A stretch of DNA of 64,000 nucleotides from Octopus vulgaris (taxonomy: Eukaryota): contig OX597827.1 in assembly GCA_951406725.2 (NCBI GenBank), positions 71,858,001 through 71,922,000 of the forward strand, in the 5' to 3' direction. Each line of letters begins with the position of its first letter. Positions within the stretch are counted from its first letter, which is position 1. Position numbers and translations under genes: made by a program. A model generated the notes under the pieces. That model was not told where the DNA came from and searched no databases. It saw nothing but the letters and a program-made list of their open reading frames with translations. Below, piece after piece: positions 41,995 to 55,290 of the stretch.

Positions 41995-42215
41995 GTTGCC
42001 GAAAAAGGGAGTTTGCGTCGAAAAAAAATTTTTTTTAATGATGGTTTTGGGGGTGGGAACAGGCGGAAGTCTTGCCCATTTTTTACCCCGCCGAGTCAAC
42101 TGGAGTCAAAAAAGGGGGTTTGTGTCGAAAAAAAATTTTTTAAGGGTGGTTTTGGGGGTGGGGACAGACGGAAGTCTTGCCCATTTTTTACCCGCTGAGT
42201 CGACTGGAGTCAACT
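41995..42215. repeat. Two ~107-bp tandem units, probably a transposon-internal repeat
   Basis: gtcgaaaaaaaatttttt...ggttttgggggtggg.acag.cggaagtcttgcccattttttaccc...gagtc.actggagtcaa twice. Confidence 0.7.
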
Positions 42216-42308
42216 TGAGATAAAATGTCTGACAGAAAGACAACGCGCCGGCGAGTATTGAACCCACGACTTTACGATCGCGGGCCGAATAACTCTAAAT
42301 ATATATAG

Positions 42309-42691
42309 GAGCACTCCGTCGGTTACGACGATGAGGGTCCCAGCTGACACGATCAACGGAACAGCTTGCTCGTGGAATTAACGTGCAAGTGGCTGAGCAT
42401 TCCACAGACACGTGTACCCTTAACGTAGTTCTCGGGGATATTCAGCGTGACACAGAGAGTGACAAGGCTGGCCCTTTGAAATACAGGCACAACAGAAACA
42501 GGAAGTAAGAGTGAGAGAAAGTTGTGGTGAAAGAGTACAGCAAGGTTCACCACCACCTCCCCTGCAGGAGCCTTGTGAAGCTTTAGGTGTTTTCGCTCAA
42601 TAAACACTCACAATGTCCGGTCTGGGAATCGAAACCGCGATCCTACGACCGCGAGTCCGCTGCCCTAACCACTGGGCCATTGCGCCTCCAC
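42309..42691 (-). mobile_element. SINE family B, tail type 2; other copies 7363-7730(-) and 44418-44790(+)
   Basis: Same head and body as 746-1058 but the tail ends ...ccctcatcgtcgtaaccgacggagtgc. Confidence 0.88.
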
Positions 42692-43360
42692 AACTCCAAA
42701 TAATCTAGTAACGCGCCTGTGCACTTATGAGAGACGTTGCCACCGAATGTCGACGCTCGCAGAAGCGCCTTCTCCATTAACCGTCTGTCAGCTCTTTCTA
42801 GCAAGACGAAACCAAGCACGCCATCAAAATCTTATGCTTAAAAGCCATTCCACACTGAACAACTCTCTGCAGCCATATATCTACGCAAACGTCAATTATA
42901 GTAATTGCTAAATACCACTTCTTAACACAGATAGAAGTAATTACATGGGAATTTTATACATAACACTTCACATATATTTTAAGCGTAGAAGATAATTTTT
43001 TTTCCTTCTTCGTTTTTCGTTTCTTTTTGTTTTTTGTTTTTTTTATTTTTATTTTTACCTTTTCCAAAAATCTAAAAATCTTAACAATAAGCGTGCATTT
43101 GTAGCAGAAACATTCACATAAACATAATACACACACATACTCACACACACACACACACTCACATACAAACACACACACTCTCACATACATACGAACACAC
43201 ACACATACTCACACACACACACTCTCACATTCACACACACACACATTCATGGATGTGCAACGATATGCCTGTGTATGTATATACGCATACATGCACATGG
43301 AGGTGTAATAAATGTATGCGTAGAGATATAAGTACATATGTGTGTGTGTACATATGCATA

Positions 43361-43432
<72 letters not shown>

Positions 43433-43435
43433 CAT

Positions 43436-43476
<41 letters not shown>

Positions 43477-43577
43477 GTAGTAAACACATAAATGTGAAAC
43501 AAGGTGGAAAAAGAGTACTCAAATACCAGTGGTAGAGTAATATGCTTTATTTAAAGCAGCAGAAAATTCAACAAAAC

Positions 43578-43615
43578 CTGTTACTCTGAGTTTCGCGTTG
43601 CCGTTCATCGGACAG
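43578..43615 (-). ncRNA. Minimal type-I hammerhead ribozyme motif (U4C core variant) in a Penelope-like remnant
   Basis: Minus strand ctgt-CCGATGA-acg-gcaa-cgc-GAAA-ctcagag-TA-acag: helix I CTGT/ACAG, GNRA-capped helix II, palindromic helix III, GUA site. Confidence 0.6.
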
Positions 43616-43812
43616 TTTTTGCTGTAAAAATTTTCTGTCTTTAAATGAACATAACGTAGAAACTCAGAGTGGCGATCAGGCTTTCTTTCGCCACAACTTT
43701 TCTCACTCTTTTTTCTGTTGGCCTGCTCGCTTAGCCAGCGGGGTGGCGTCATTTGAATAAGCGCATTGTGACCAGTGATGTGTAACAACATCTGATGGCC
43801 TGGTCGGTCACG

Positions 43813-43887
<75 letters not shown>

Positions 43888-43890
<3 letters not shown>

Positions 43891-44290
43891 GCAGGAGTGG
43901 CTGTGTGGTAAGTAGCTTGCTAACCAACCACATGGTTCCGGGTTCAGTCCCACTGCGTGGCATCTTGGGCAAGTGTCTTCTGCTATAGCCCCGGGCCGAC
44001 CAATGCCTTGTGAGTGGATTTGGTAGACGGAAACTGAAAGAAGCCTGTCGTATATATGTATATATATGTATGTGTGTGTGTCTGTGTTTGTCCCCCTAGC
44101 ATTGCTTGACAACCGATGCTGGTGTGTTTACGTCCCGTCACTTAGCGGTTCGGCAAAAGAGACCGATAGAATAAGTACTGGGCTTACAAAGAATAAGTCC
44201 CGGGGTCGATTTGCTCGACTAAAGGTGGTGCTCCAGCATGGCTGCAGTCAAATGACTGAAACAAGTAAAAAAGAAAAAAGAAAAGAAAAG
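43888..44290 (+). mobile_element. SINE family A, full length
   Basis: Near-identical to the reverse complement of 156-578. Confidence 0.9.
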
Positions 44291-44303
44291 AAATATATAT
44301 ATA

Positions 44304-44339
<36 letters not shown>

Positions 44340-44917
44340 TGTGTGTGTGTACGCACGTATAGGTATATATGTAGGTATGCATATATGTACATACATAGCG
44401 TGTGTGTATGTGAGTGTAAAGGAGCAATGGCCCAGTGGTTAGGACAGCGGGCTCGCGGTCGTAGGATTGTGGCTTCAATTCCCAGACTGGGCGTTGTGAG
44501 TGTTTATTGAGAGAAAAGACCTAAAACCTCCACAAGGCTCCGGCAGGGGGTAGGGGCGAACCCTGCTGTATTCTTTCACCGCAACTTTCTCTCTTTCTTC
44601 CTGTTTCTGCTCTACCTGTATTTCAAAGGGGTCATCCTTGTCACACTCTGTGTCATGCTGAATCTCCCCGAGAACTACGTTAAGGGTACACATGTCTGCG
44701 GAGTGCTCAACCACTTGCACGTTAATTTCACGAGCAAGCTGTTCCGTTGATCAGCTCAACTGGAACCCTCGTCGTCGTGGCCGACGGAGCAGCGCATGCT
44801 ACATGTTTGTGTGTACGCACATGTATGTAGGTAAAGCATACATGTACATACATAGCGTGTGTGTGAGTATGTGCGCATGTGTGTGTGTGTGTGTGTATGT
44901 GTGTGTGTTTGCAAGAA

Positions 44918-44952
<35 letters not shown>

Positions 44953-45526
44953 ACGATAAATGAGATAACTGTAAACTCCTAGACAAATATAAAACAAATG
45001 TTTTGTTTTTTTCTTGGAACTTCAAGTAATGTATAGCATCGATTCTACATTTGTGTTTGGGTGCACATGTATGTGTGGATGCATACGGTCTATGCATATA
45101 TATATAAACGCACATACAAACTCACACATACATAAATGCACAATCACACACACACACATATACATACACATACATGCATACTCTTCTCTTTTTACTCTTT
45201 TACTTGTTTCAGTCATTTGACTGCGGCCATGCAGTCAAAGGGAACTTCTAAACAACAGATGTGTCATTGTCTGAGACATCAAACTACATCAAAGATATGC
45301 AAGACTTTAAAACTTAACAAGAGAGATGTGTAAGAATTAACACTTCCTCCTCTAAGCCTGGGTTCGAAACCGAATCCTAGAATTCTCGGTCGTCCAAACC
45401 ACGACGATCAACAGGCGCGAAAAAAGATTTGCTTTGTTCTGTCAAAAATTGATCGATCACCTCCCTTTGACCTGCGACCTCAGCCATGTCAGACGAAGTT
45501 CAACTGAACAAGCGCTGACCTATATA

Positions 45527-46238
45527 GGTACTAACTCTGCTGCGGTATGTCTGTTTTTGTAGCTGCCACAAATATTATAAAACCAAGGGAAACAGGAGAG
45601 GCAGCAGACACATGAGATAGATTTATCTACGACCCAAGGTTTTTGGCAGACGACAGAAGCAGGAGTGGCTGTGTGGTAAGTAGCTTGCCTACCAACCACA
45701 TGGTTCTGGGTTCAGTCCCACTGCGTGGCATCTTGGGCAAGTGTCTTCTGCTATAGCCTCGGGCCGACCAATGCCTTGTGAGTGGATTTGGTAGACGGAA
45801 ACTGAAAGAAGCCTGTCGTATATATGTATATATATGTATGTATGTGTATGTATATGTTTGTGTGTCTGTGTTTGTCCCCCTAGCATTGCTTGACAACCGA
45901 TGCTGGTGTGTTTACGTCCCTGTCACTTAGCGGTTCCGGCAAAAGAGACCGATGGAATAAGTACTGGGCTTACAAAGAATAAGTCCCGGGGTCGATTTGC
46001 TCGACTAAAGGCGGTGCTCCAGCATGGCCGCAGTCAAATGACTGAAACAAGTAAAAGAGAGTAGTCGATCGGCACTTCGAGCATTTCTCTCTGTCTCTGT
46101 CGTCTGCCAAAAACCTTGGGTCGTAGATAAATGTATCTCATGTGTCTGCTCCCGTCTCTGCTGCCTCTCCTGTTTCACTTGGGTTTATAATATTTGTGGC
46201 AGCTAGAAAAACAGGCATACTGCAGCAGAGTTAGTACC
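45527..46238. mobile_element. Long-TIR fold-back MITE in a TATATA site with a SINE inserted at its centre
   Basis: Arms 45527-45657 and 46096-46238 are reverse complements (ggtactaactctgctgc ... gcagcagagttagtacc). Confidence 0.75.
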
Positions 46239-47300
46239 TATATATGCTTCCCAACCACATGGTTCCGAGTTCAATCCCACTGCGTGGCACCTTGGGCGAG
46301 TTTCTTCTACTATAACCACGGGTTGATTAAAGCCTTGTGAGTGGATTTGGTAGACAGAAACTGAAAGAAGCCTGTAGTATACATGTGTGTATGTGTATTT
46401 GTGTGCGCCTTTGTGTCTGTTTGTCCCCCCCCCCACCGCCATCGCTTGACAACCGATGTTAGTGTGTTTACGTCCTCGTAACTTAGCGGTTCGACCTGAA
46501 ACACCAATGGAGTAAGTACTATGCTTCCAAAGAGTAAGTCCTGGTATTGACTTTTTCAACTAAAAAAAAAAACCGTTAAGGCGGTGCTCCAGCATGGCCG
46601 CAGTCAAATGAAACAAGCAGAATAGAATACAAGAATGTGCGTGCGTGTATGTATGTACTTTTGTGTGTATGTGTGCTTGTATATGTGTGTGTGTGTATGT
46701 GTGCGTGTGTGTGCGCCTGTATGTGTGTGTGTGTGTGTGTCAAATGACTGAAACAAGTAAAAGAGATAGGATACTGTGTTCTTTTTTTCCATTTATGCAA
46801 ATTGTCAAATTTAGGCCAAACATCATCACCATCATACGTCTGTTTTCTATGCTGGCATGGGTTGGACGGTTTAACAGGAGCAGGCACGCACGCATACACG
46901 TATATATACTGTTTTACTCTTTTACTTGTTTCAGTCATTTGACTGTGGCCATGCTGGAGCACCGCCTTTAGTCGAGAAAATCGACCCCAGGACTCATTTT
47001 TGTAAGGCTAGTACTTATTCTATCTTTTGCCGAACCGCTAAGTTACGGGGACGTAAACACACCAGCATCGGTTGTCAAGCGATGTTGGGGGGACAAGCAC
47101 AAGCACACAAACACACACACACATATATATATATACATATATACGACGGGCTTCTTTCAGTTTTCCGTCTGCCAAATCCACTTACAAGGCTTTGGTCGGC
47201 CCGAGGCTATAGTAGAAGACACTTGCCCAAGGCATGCCACGCAGTGGGACTGAACCCGGAACCATGTGGTTGGTAAGCAAGCTACTTACCACACAGCCAC

Positions 47301-47352
<52 letters not shown>

Positions 47353-48537
47353 TTGTGAAGCCTAGTACTTGTCCCCCCAACATCCATTGGTGTTTCAGGT
47401 CGAACCGCTAAGTTACGAGGACGTAAACACACTAACATCGGTTGTCAAGCGATGGCGGGGGGAGGACAGACACAAAGGCACACACAAATACACATGTATA
47501 CTACAGGCTTCTTTCAGTTTCTGTTTACCAAATCCACTCACAAGGCTTTAATCAGCCCGTGGTTTTATATATATATATATATATATAGGACTTCTGGCAT
47601 GGTTTCTACAACTAGTGCCCTTCCTAACGCCAACCACTTCAGAGTGTACTGGGTGTTTTTTTTTTACGTGGCACCAGCACAGGCGCTTATAACGTGACGC
47701 CAGCACGGGTGCATTTTTCGTGGCGTGGTGTGGGTTCCGTTTTACATGGGTTCCTCCACAGGTGCACTTTTACGTGCACCAGCCCGGTACTTTCTACGTG
47801 GCGTCGGAACGGTGCTTTCTATGTGGTGTCGCAGGCTCTGTGTGTGTGCATGTGTGTGTGCGTGTGTGTGTGTGTGTGTATAAGATTAGCAGAGTAAAAC
47901 TTCGATGTCACAGTCACTGCTTCTATTTCTCGTAAAAGTCTAATAAAAGTGTATTGAATGATTCTTCGGTTTTAATGTTAAATTGTTTTTATTACAACTT
48001 GACATAACAACAAACATCAATATATACCTTATATATATATACACACACACACATTTTATATATTTTTCATACACTTACACATTCACAGAGACACATTGAT
48101 ATATCTACCAGAGCTGGTTTCCAAAGACTTCCAAAAATAAATCTCAATAAAAGATACAATGTATTGATAAAAATAACTTTGTCAATTGATGACAAATATC
48201 GCAGATAATCGAAGTGAAAATGTGAATAAAATTCCAATATTTTTTACCAGAAATGTTTCATCTGAAATGTTTTTCATAGAGACATACATACATACATACA
48301 TAAATACATGTGTGTGGGCGTGTGGGTGAGTGTGTGGGCGTGTGTGTGTGTATATATATATATAGATGTAAACATATACATATATACTATATATATGTGT
48401 ACATAAACATGTATATATGTGTATGTATATATATATATATATTATATGAGAGAGAGAGTGAGATATAGACATATATATAGAGATAGATTGATACATACAT
48501 ACATACATATATATATATATATATGCATTCGTATATA

Positions 48538-48584
<47 letters not shown>

Positions 48585-48673
48585 ATATATATATATAGAT
48601 ATATAGAGAGAGAGAGAGAGAGAGAGATAGACATACATGTATACAACCACATGTATATACATATTACAAATAT

Positions 48674-48716
<43 letters not shown>

Positions 48717-49400
48717 CACATGTATACAAACGTATATATATATATATATATACATATAGTTATATATACTTATACGGATATTTATACATATATATGTTCA
48801 TATGCATATATACATATCTATTTATATACATATATATGTGCATATATATAAACACACGCACACATAGATATACATACATACACACACACACACACTTAAA
48901 AGTCTATTGTTTTACAAAAAAAAAAAACAAGCAAAAATACAAAAATAAAAATAAAACGAAAACAAGGCATTTTTTTTTTTATCATCACTTTAATTTTTGT
49001 AAAAAAAAAAAAAAATTATATTTAAAACAAAAATTTTGCCATTGAAAGACTTGTAACAAAAAAAAAGAAAATAAAAATAAAAAAATAAAAATAAAAAATA
49101 AAAATAAAAAATTCTAAGGAATGAATACAAAAAATTGTTGGAGAATAAGAAATGCGAGATGTTAAAATCAGAACACATTTATGTTACACATCTATGTTAC
49201 ACACACACACGTTACACAGTTATACTCGCATACATACTTAGGATGGAAGGTCATGACTTAGAAACTTGTCATTGTTTTGACAGGATATAGCAAGAAGGTA
49301 GCTGTTCAACAAGTGATGATAAAGATATCACTCAGCCACACTTTATATGATAAGAAATATCAGCAGTCTCCCTGGTGAATAACTTTAAATACATTTAGAA

Positions 49401-49419
49401 TCATCTTTCACCGATGCAA
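49401..49419 (-). CDS. Possible short terminal coding exon of the same gene (N-CIGER-stop) followed by a long 3'UTR toward ~47970
   Basis: Acceptor ctatttacAG at 49420-49421 is phase-compatible with the 57046 donor. Unique AT-rich sequence follows, with a minus-strand AATAAA near 47988-47993. Speculative. Confidence 0.2.
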
Positions 49420-50271
49420 CTGTAAATAGTGTCGGGTATTCTGTTGTTAACCTTCTCAATGAGACAGAATGATCTTGATTTTAATCTTTTTGTTATCTCT
49501 TTTTTTTTACTTGTTTCAGTCACTGGAACTGCGTCCATGCTGGAGCATCACTTTGGTGGGATTTAAATGAGCAAATCGCCCCCCCCCTCCCCCAGTTCGT
49601 ATTTTTAAGCCTGATACATATTCTATAGGTCACTTTGCCAAACTGCTAATACATACATATATATGTATGTATACACATATATGTATATGTATGTATGTAT
49701 ATATATATGTATATGTATATATACATATATGTATATGTATGTATGTATATACATATATGTATATGTATGTATGTATATACATATATGTATATGTATGTAT
49801 ATATATATAAAAAAAAAAAAACACACACAATATACATGTATATATATACACACACATGTATATATATGCACACACACACACTGCCTTGAACTTTTAGTCG
49901 AAAGAATCAGCCCCGGTACTTATTTCTTTAAACCTGATACTTAGTCTAACTCTTTTACCGAACCGCTAAGTTACAAGGACGTAAACACACAAACACCGGT
50001 TGTCAACGGTGCGTGGGGGGGCAAAAACAGACACAAAGACACAAAGACACACACATAGATATATCTATATAGAAATAGTTATTTATACGACGGGCTTCTT
50101 TCAGTTACCGTCTACCAAATCCACTCACAAGGCTTTTGTTGGCCAAGGCTAGAGTACAAGATACTTGCCCAAGGTGCCATGCAGTGGGACTGAACCAGGA
50201 ACCATGTGGTTGGAAAATAAGCTTCTTGATACTTAGGCACACCTCTGTGCCTATATATATATATATATATA

Positions 50272-50643
50272 CTAGCAGTATCGCCCGGCGTTGCTCAGGT
50301 TTGTAAGGGAAATAACTATAAAGCATTTTTAGAGAGTTATAGCCAAAAAATAGAAAAAAAATGATGGTAAATTTTTTTCAGAGTTAAAAAAGGTGGAGTT
50401 GCGTCCCCTAGACGGTCTGTGGTTTGGGTTTCTGATTCTTGACCCCATGTCGAATTTATCGATTTTTTTCAGAACTGGGGGAACTTTTCAAAATTTTCGC
50501 TGCGTTAGTTTTGAATTATGACATTGGGCTATGTGTGTGTCAAGTTTCATCAGAATCGGTTGAAAGCCGTGGTCAGAGTGAGGGTACGAGAAAACAGACA
50601 CACAGAAAACGCACAGACAAACTGCCGTTTATATAGAGAGAGA
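50272..50643 (-). mobile_element. Non-autonomous Helitron, same family as 9968-10354
   Basis: Reverse-complement match over its full length; TC...CTAG termini between A and T. Confidence 0.85.
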
Positions 50644-50822
50644 TATATATACACACATACATACATACATATATATACATATACATGTATGTATGTATGT
50701 TTGTTTTTATGTCCAGTTATAATAAAAACAATCTTATATTAATCTGATGTGGTACTCTATACTTTTGTAGAGGACAAATACTTAAACAAGAATATCAATG
50801 ACAGTGATTGCAAAGTTCCAGC

Positions 50823-50865
50823 TAGTCTGACGATGGCTCAACTGGCTGAAACTTCGAAGTCCCTA
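50823..50865 (+). ncRNA. Minimal type-I hammerhead ribozyme motif in a Penelope-like remnant
   Basis: tagt-CTGACGA-t-ggct-caact-ggct-GAAA-cttcgaag-TC-ccta: canonical CUGANGA and GAAA boxes, GUC site, palindromic helix III ACTTCGAAGT. Confidence 0.65.
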
Positions 50866-51670
50866 TCAATAATATTCTTGTGTAAGAATTTTATGCATAT
50901 ATAGGCATAGCGTGTCTGTGTGGTAAGGAGCTTGCTTCCCAACCACATCGTTCCAGGTTCAGTCTCACTGCATGGCGCCTTCGGTAAGTGTCTTCTACTA
51001 TAGTCTCAGGCCAACCAAAGCTTTGTGAGTGGATTTGGTAGACAGAAACTGAATGAAGCCCATCCTAAGTATGTGTGTGTGTGTGTGTGCCTGTGCTTGC
51101 CCCCCCCCCCACATCGCTTGACAACCAATGTTGGTGTGTTTATGTCCCCATAACTTAGCGGTTTGACAAAAAGAGACCAATAGAATAAGTACTAGACTTA
51201 CAAAGAATAAGTCCTGGGGGTCGATCTGTTCAACTAAAGGCAGTGCTCCAGCATGGCTGAAGTCAAATGACTGAAAAAAATAAAAGACTAAAAGAATAAA
51301 TGAATATATACATATATATAAATGACAGGCTTCCACACAGTTTCTGTCTACCAAATTCACTCATAATAGATTGGTCAGTCTAGGGCTATAGTAGGGGAAA
51401 AAAAGAAGAAAAATAAACCACTTGCCCAAAGTACTATTCCATGGGACTGAACTCAAAACCAAATGGTTGCAAAGCAATCTTCTTAACCACACAGCCAAAA
51501 TAGACATACAGCAATAATTGCCTGCAAGAAATTTTGCTTTTGCAGAGGAATGATCAAAAGAACATTGCTTTAATTCCCTGAATGTGTTAGCACCAATAAA
51601 AGAAAGAAAGAGAGAGAGAGGGGGGGGAGGGAGAGAGGGAGAGAGAGAGAGAGAGAGAGAGCTTCTACAT

Positions 51671-51844
51671 TAGCAGTTCTCAAGCATGGCCCCCCGTGGT
51701 CCCTGACAGTCTTCCCCCTATAAATATAATTTTTTTTCTTTAATTGATTTGTGTCTTACTGTTTTTTGGGTGTGTGTCCCCACCCTAAAAAACAAATCCA
51801 TGTTTTGGATCTGGCTTGGATATTAAAAAGGCTGAAAACCACTG
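51671..51844. mobile_element. Degenerate hAT MITE
   Basis: TIR tagcagttctcaa / ctgaaaaccactg; 8-bp TSD ttctacat/ttcaacat. Confidence 0.55.
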
Positions 51845-52572
51845 TTCAACATGGTTGCTTGATCTGCTAGATATAGTAGCTAAATGTCACTGAAATAACA
51901 TTATGGTATTTTTTTTTAAAAAAACAAGGACAGCACACTAGGTAACGTTACATAGAATGCCGTTGCACGACAACTTCAGAAAGAAAAGATAGGACGGTCA
52001 GGTGTAGGTCAATGTTAATCACTGGTCTTCCAGATCAGTGCTGACAAAGAGTTAAACATCATCATTAACCCCTTTTGATACCAAGGCCTGAAATTTGGTG
52101 GGATGCAGATAGTCAATTACATTGACTGCCCCTCAGCCCTCAACTGGTTACTTATTTTATTGACCCCAAAAGGACGAAAGGCAAAGTCAACCTCGACTGC
52201 CCCTCAGCACTCAACTGGTTACTTATTTTATTGACCCCAAAAGGACGAAAGGCAAAGTCAACCTCGATGGAATTTGAACTCAGAATGTAAAGATGGACGA
52301 AATGCCGCTAAGCATTTTGCGCAGCGTGCTAACGATTCTGCCAGTTTGCCAAAAATCCTTTCTATTATAGGCCCATGGTTTGAAGATTTGGGGGAGGGGG
52401 ACTAGTCGATTACATCACTCCCAGAATTTCACTGGTACTTAATTTATCGACCCCGAAAGGATGAAAGGAACGTAAAGACAGACAAAATGCCACTCAGCAT
52501 TTTGCCCAGCGTGCTAACGATTCTGCCAGCTTGCCAACTTCAATAATAATAATAATGATAATAATAATAATG

Positions 52573-52611
<39 letters not shown>

Positions 52612-54434
52612 GCAATGGTTTCAAATTTTGGCACAAGGCCAGCAATCTTAGAGTAGTGGGTGAGTCAATTACATCAATCCCAGTGCTTACCCTGTACTTA
52701 ATTTATTCTTTTCTACTCTAGGCACAAGGACCGAAATTTGGTGGGAGGGGCAGTCGATTAGATTAACCCCAGTGCGCAACTGGTACTTAATTTATTGACC
52801 CCGAAAGGGTGAAATGCAAAGTCGACCTCAGCAGAATTTGAAGTCAGAACAACGTACAGACAGACAAAATACTGTTAAGCATTTCACCAGGTGTGCTAAC
52901 ATTTCTGCCAGCTCGCCACCTTAATTAATAACCCCAAAAGGATGAAAGGCAAAGTCAATCTCGGTGGAATAGGAACTCAGAATGTACAGCATTTTGTCCG
53001 GTATGCAAACAATTCTGATGACGATGACAACGATGATGATCCTTTCTACTTTTCTTTTATTCTTTTACTTGTTTCAGTCATTTGACTGCGGCCATGCTGG
53101 AGCACTGCTTTTAGTCAAACAAATCAACCCAAGGACTTATTCCTTGTAAGCCGAGTATCTATTCTATTGGTCTCTTTTGCCAAACAGCTAAGTTACAGGG
53201 ACGTAAACAGACCAACATCGATTGTCAAGTGATGGTGGGGGGACAACCACATACAAACATACACACACACACACATATATACATACGACAGGCTTCTTTC
53301 AGTTTCCATCTACCAAATCTACTCACAAGGCTTTGGTCAGCTCTAGGCTATAGTAGAAGACAATTGCCCAAGGTGCCATGCAGTGGGACCGAACCCAGAA
53401 CGATGTGGTTGGGAAGCAAGCTACTTACCACACAGCCAGTCCTGAGCCTATAGGCACAAGGCCTGGATTTTTGTTGGGAGGGAACTAATCAATTACTTCA
53501 ACCCCAGTGTCCAACTGGTACTTATTTCATTGACCCCCAAAATATGAAAAGGTAAAGTTAGCCTCAGAGGAATTTGACCCCAGAACATTAAGACGAATGA
53601 AATGCCGCCAAGCATTTTGGCTAGCATGCTAAGAATTCTGCCAGTTTATTTCCTTAATAATAAATCGTTTTTAATGAGGAATGGGAAATAGATGAAACTA
53701 TTATAGCGTGTAAATATTGGGTGAAAAAAAAACCCATTGGATAGAAAACAAAAAAAGTCGAGGGCTGCTTGTGAGACTGGAACCCACATCTTTTGCATAC
53801 ATAACAGATGTTCTACCATTGTACTATAATAGAATATCTGTCAAGTTTGCAGAAGATTTCTTTCACATCTCTCAGAATTCTAAATTATCACATCAATAAT
53901 AAAAATAATAATGATGATTTCAAATTTTGGCACAAGGCCAGTAATTTCAGAAGAGGGGGTAAGTTGATTACATCGAGCCCAGAAATCAACTGGTACTTAT
54001 TTTATTGATCCCAAAAGGATGAAAGGCAAAGTCGACCTTGGTGGAAAAATCAATAACAATACTAATGTTTTCCATCCAAAATGCCCACAGGGGCCATGTG
54101 TTTGTGAGAAAGTCAAAGCAAGGTATGAGATGCAGTTGGTTATGTCAACCATGAGAGGCCTTGGTTGATGTACAACGATTAAAGTCAAAATTCGGATGAT
54201 GCGGTGGGAAAAAGAAAGAGAAAAAATGCTGCAAATATGGCAGTTTCAAATTTTGGCACCAGGCCAGCAAATTCAGCGGGTGGGTAAGTTGATTACATTG
54301 GCCCCCAAGTGTGCAACTGGTACTTAATTTATCAACCCCGAAAGGATGATAGACAAAGGTGTCCTTAATGGAATTTGAACTTGGAACATAAAGACAAACG
54401 AAATGCCACTAACCATTCTGCCATCTCATCACCT

Positions 54435-54657
54435 CAACCCTTTAGCACTCAGATTTTTTTTGGCCAATTCATTGCTTATTTATTCATATTGTTTTGAATT
54501 AATCAGGCACTGTCTTGTAGCTGCAACATTTCTATGACGTGATTGTGTATTTTTACAATGACATTGAAGGGTAGGCGTGAGAGGTTGGATCTGGTCAGTT
54601 TTGATTTAAAACAGGTAGAATGTTTAGGTTGGATATAGCTGATTTAAATGCTAAAGG

Positions 54658-54662
<5 letters not shown>
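54435..54662. mobile_element. piggyBac-like MITE
   Basis: tcaa-ccctttagca ... tgctaaaggg-ttaa termini. Confidence 0.6.
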
Positions 54663-54716
<54 letters not shown>

Positions 54717-54958
54717 TTTTTTAAAAATTAAAATAATAATAATAATAACAACAACAATAGTGTCAAAATTAAAAGAAGAGTGCCATTGTCATCTAGTGAA
54801 CAATATTTTGACATCTTGTGTGTCTTCAACTGGTTCAAAAAATAAATTTGTCAATCTACTTCATTTTGGTTAATATATATAAAGGATTCTGTTAATTTTG
54901 ACTCTATATCTTCAGGAGGAGTTACCTCAATCCTTTATATATTAATAATAACAATAAC

Positions 54959-55020
<62 letters not shown>

Positions 55021-55023
<3 letters not shown>

Positions 55024-55290
55024 AGTTAAGCAGTTGTGGTCGATGAAAAAAGTAGCAGTGGTACCAATAACTGTCGCAGCCCTGGGAACAGTGAGCAAAA
55101 ATCTCGAGAAGCACATGGAACAAATAGGGGCTGCAATAAGGGTGAAGCACATGCAGAAAACAGCAGTGCTTTGGAACCGCTCGAATACTTCGGAAGGTGC
55201 TCGAAAAATAAGGGGTGTTACTTTAGTTCACTGGTAGTGAACAACTGGCACTGTAGTACATCATCCAGCATTAGAAGCTGTGCAAAGGCA
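55021..55290 (+). mobile_element. Dong/R4-clade LINE 3' end inserted in (TAA)n
   Basis: EVKQLWSMKKVAVVPITVAALGTV...MQKTAVL/GTARILRKVLEK* (one frameshift), a typical R4/Dong C-terminus; (TAA)n on both sides. Confidence 0.8.

Noticed and set aside
42620-42691. tRNA-like sequences here and at ~2641, ~42240 and ~53765
   Set aside because: They are SINE heads continuing into SINE bodies or decayed fragments; no complete cloverleaf with terminator seen.
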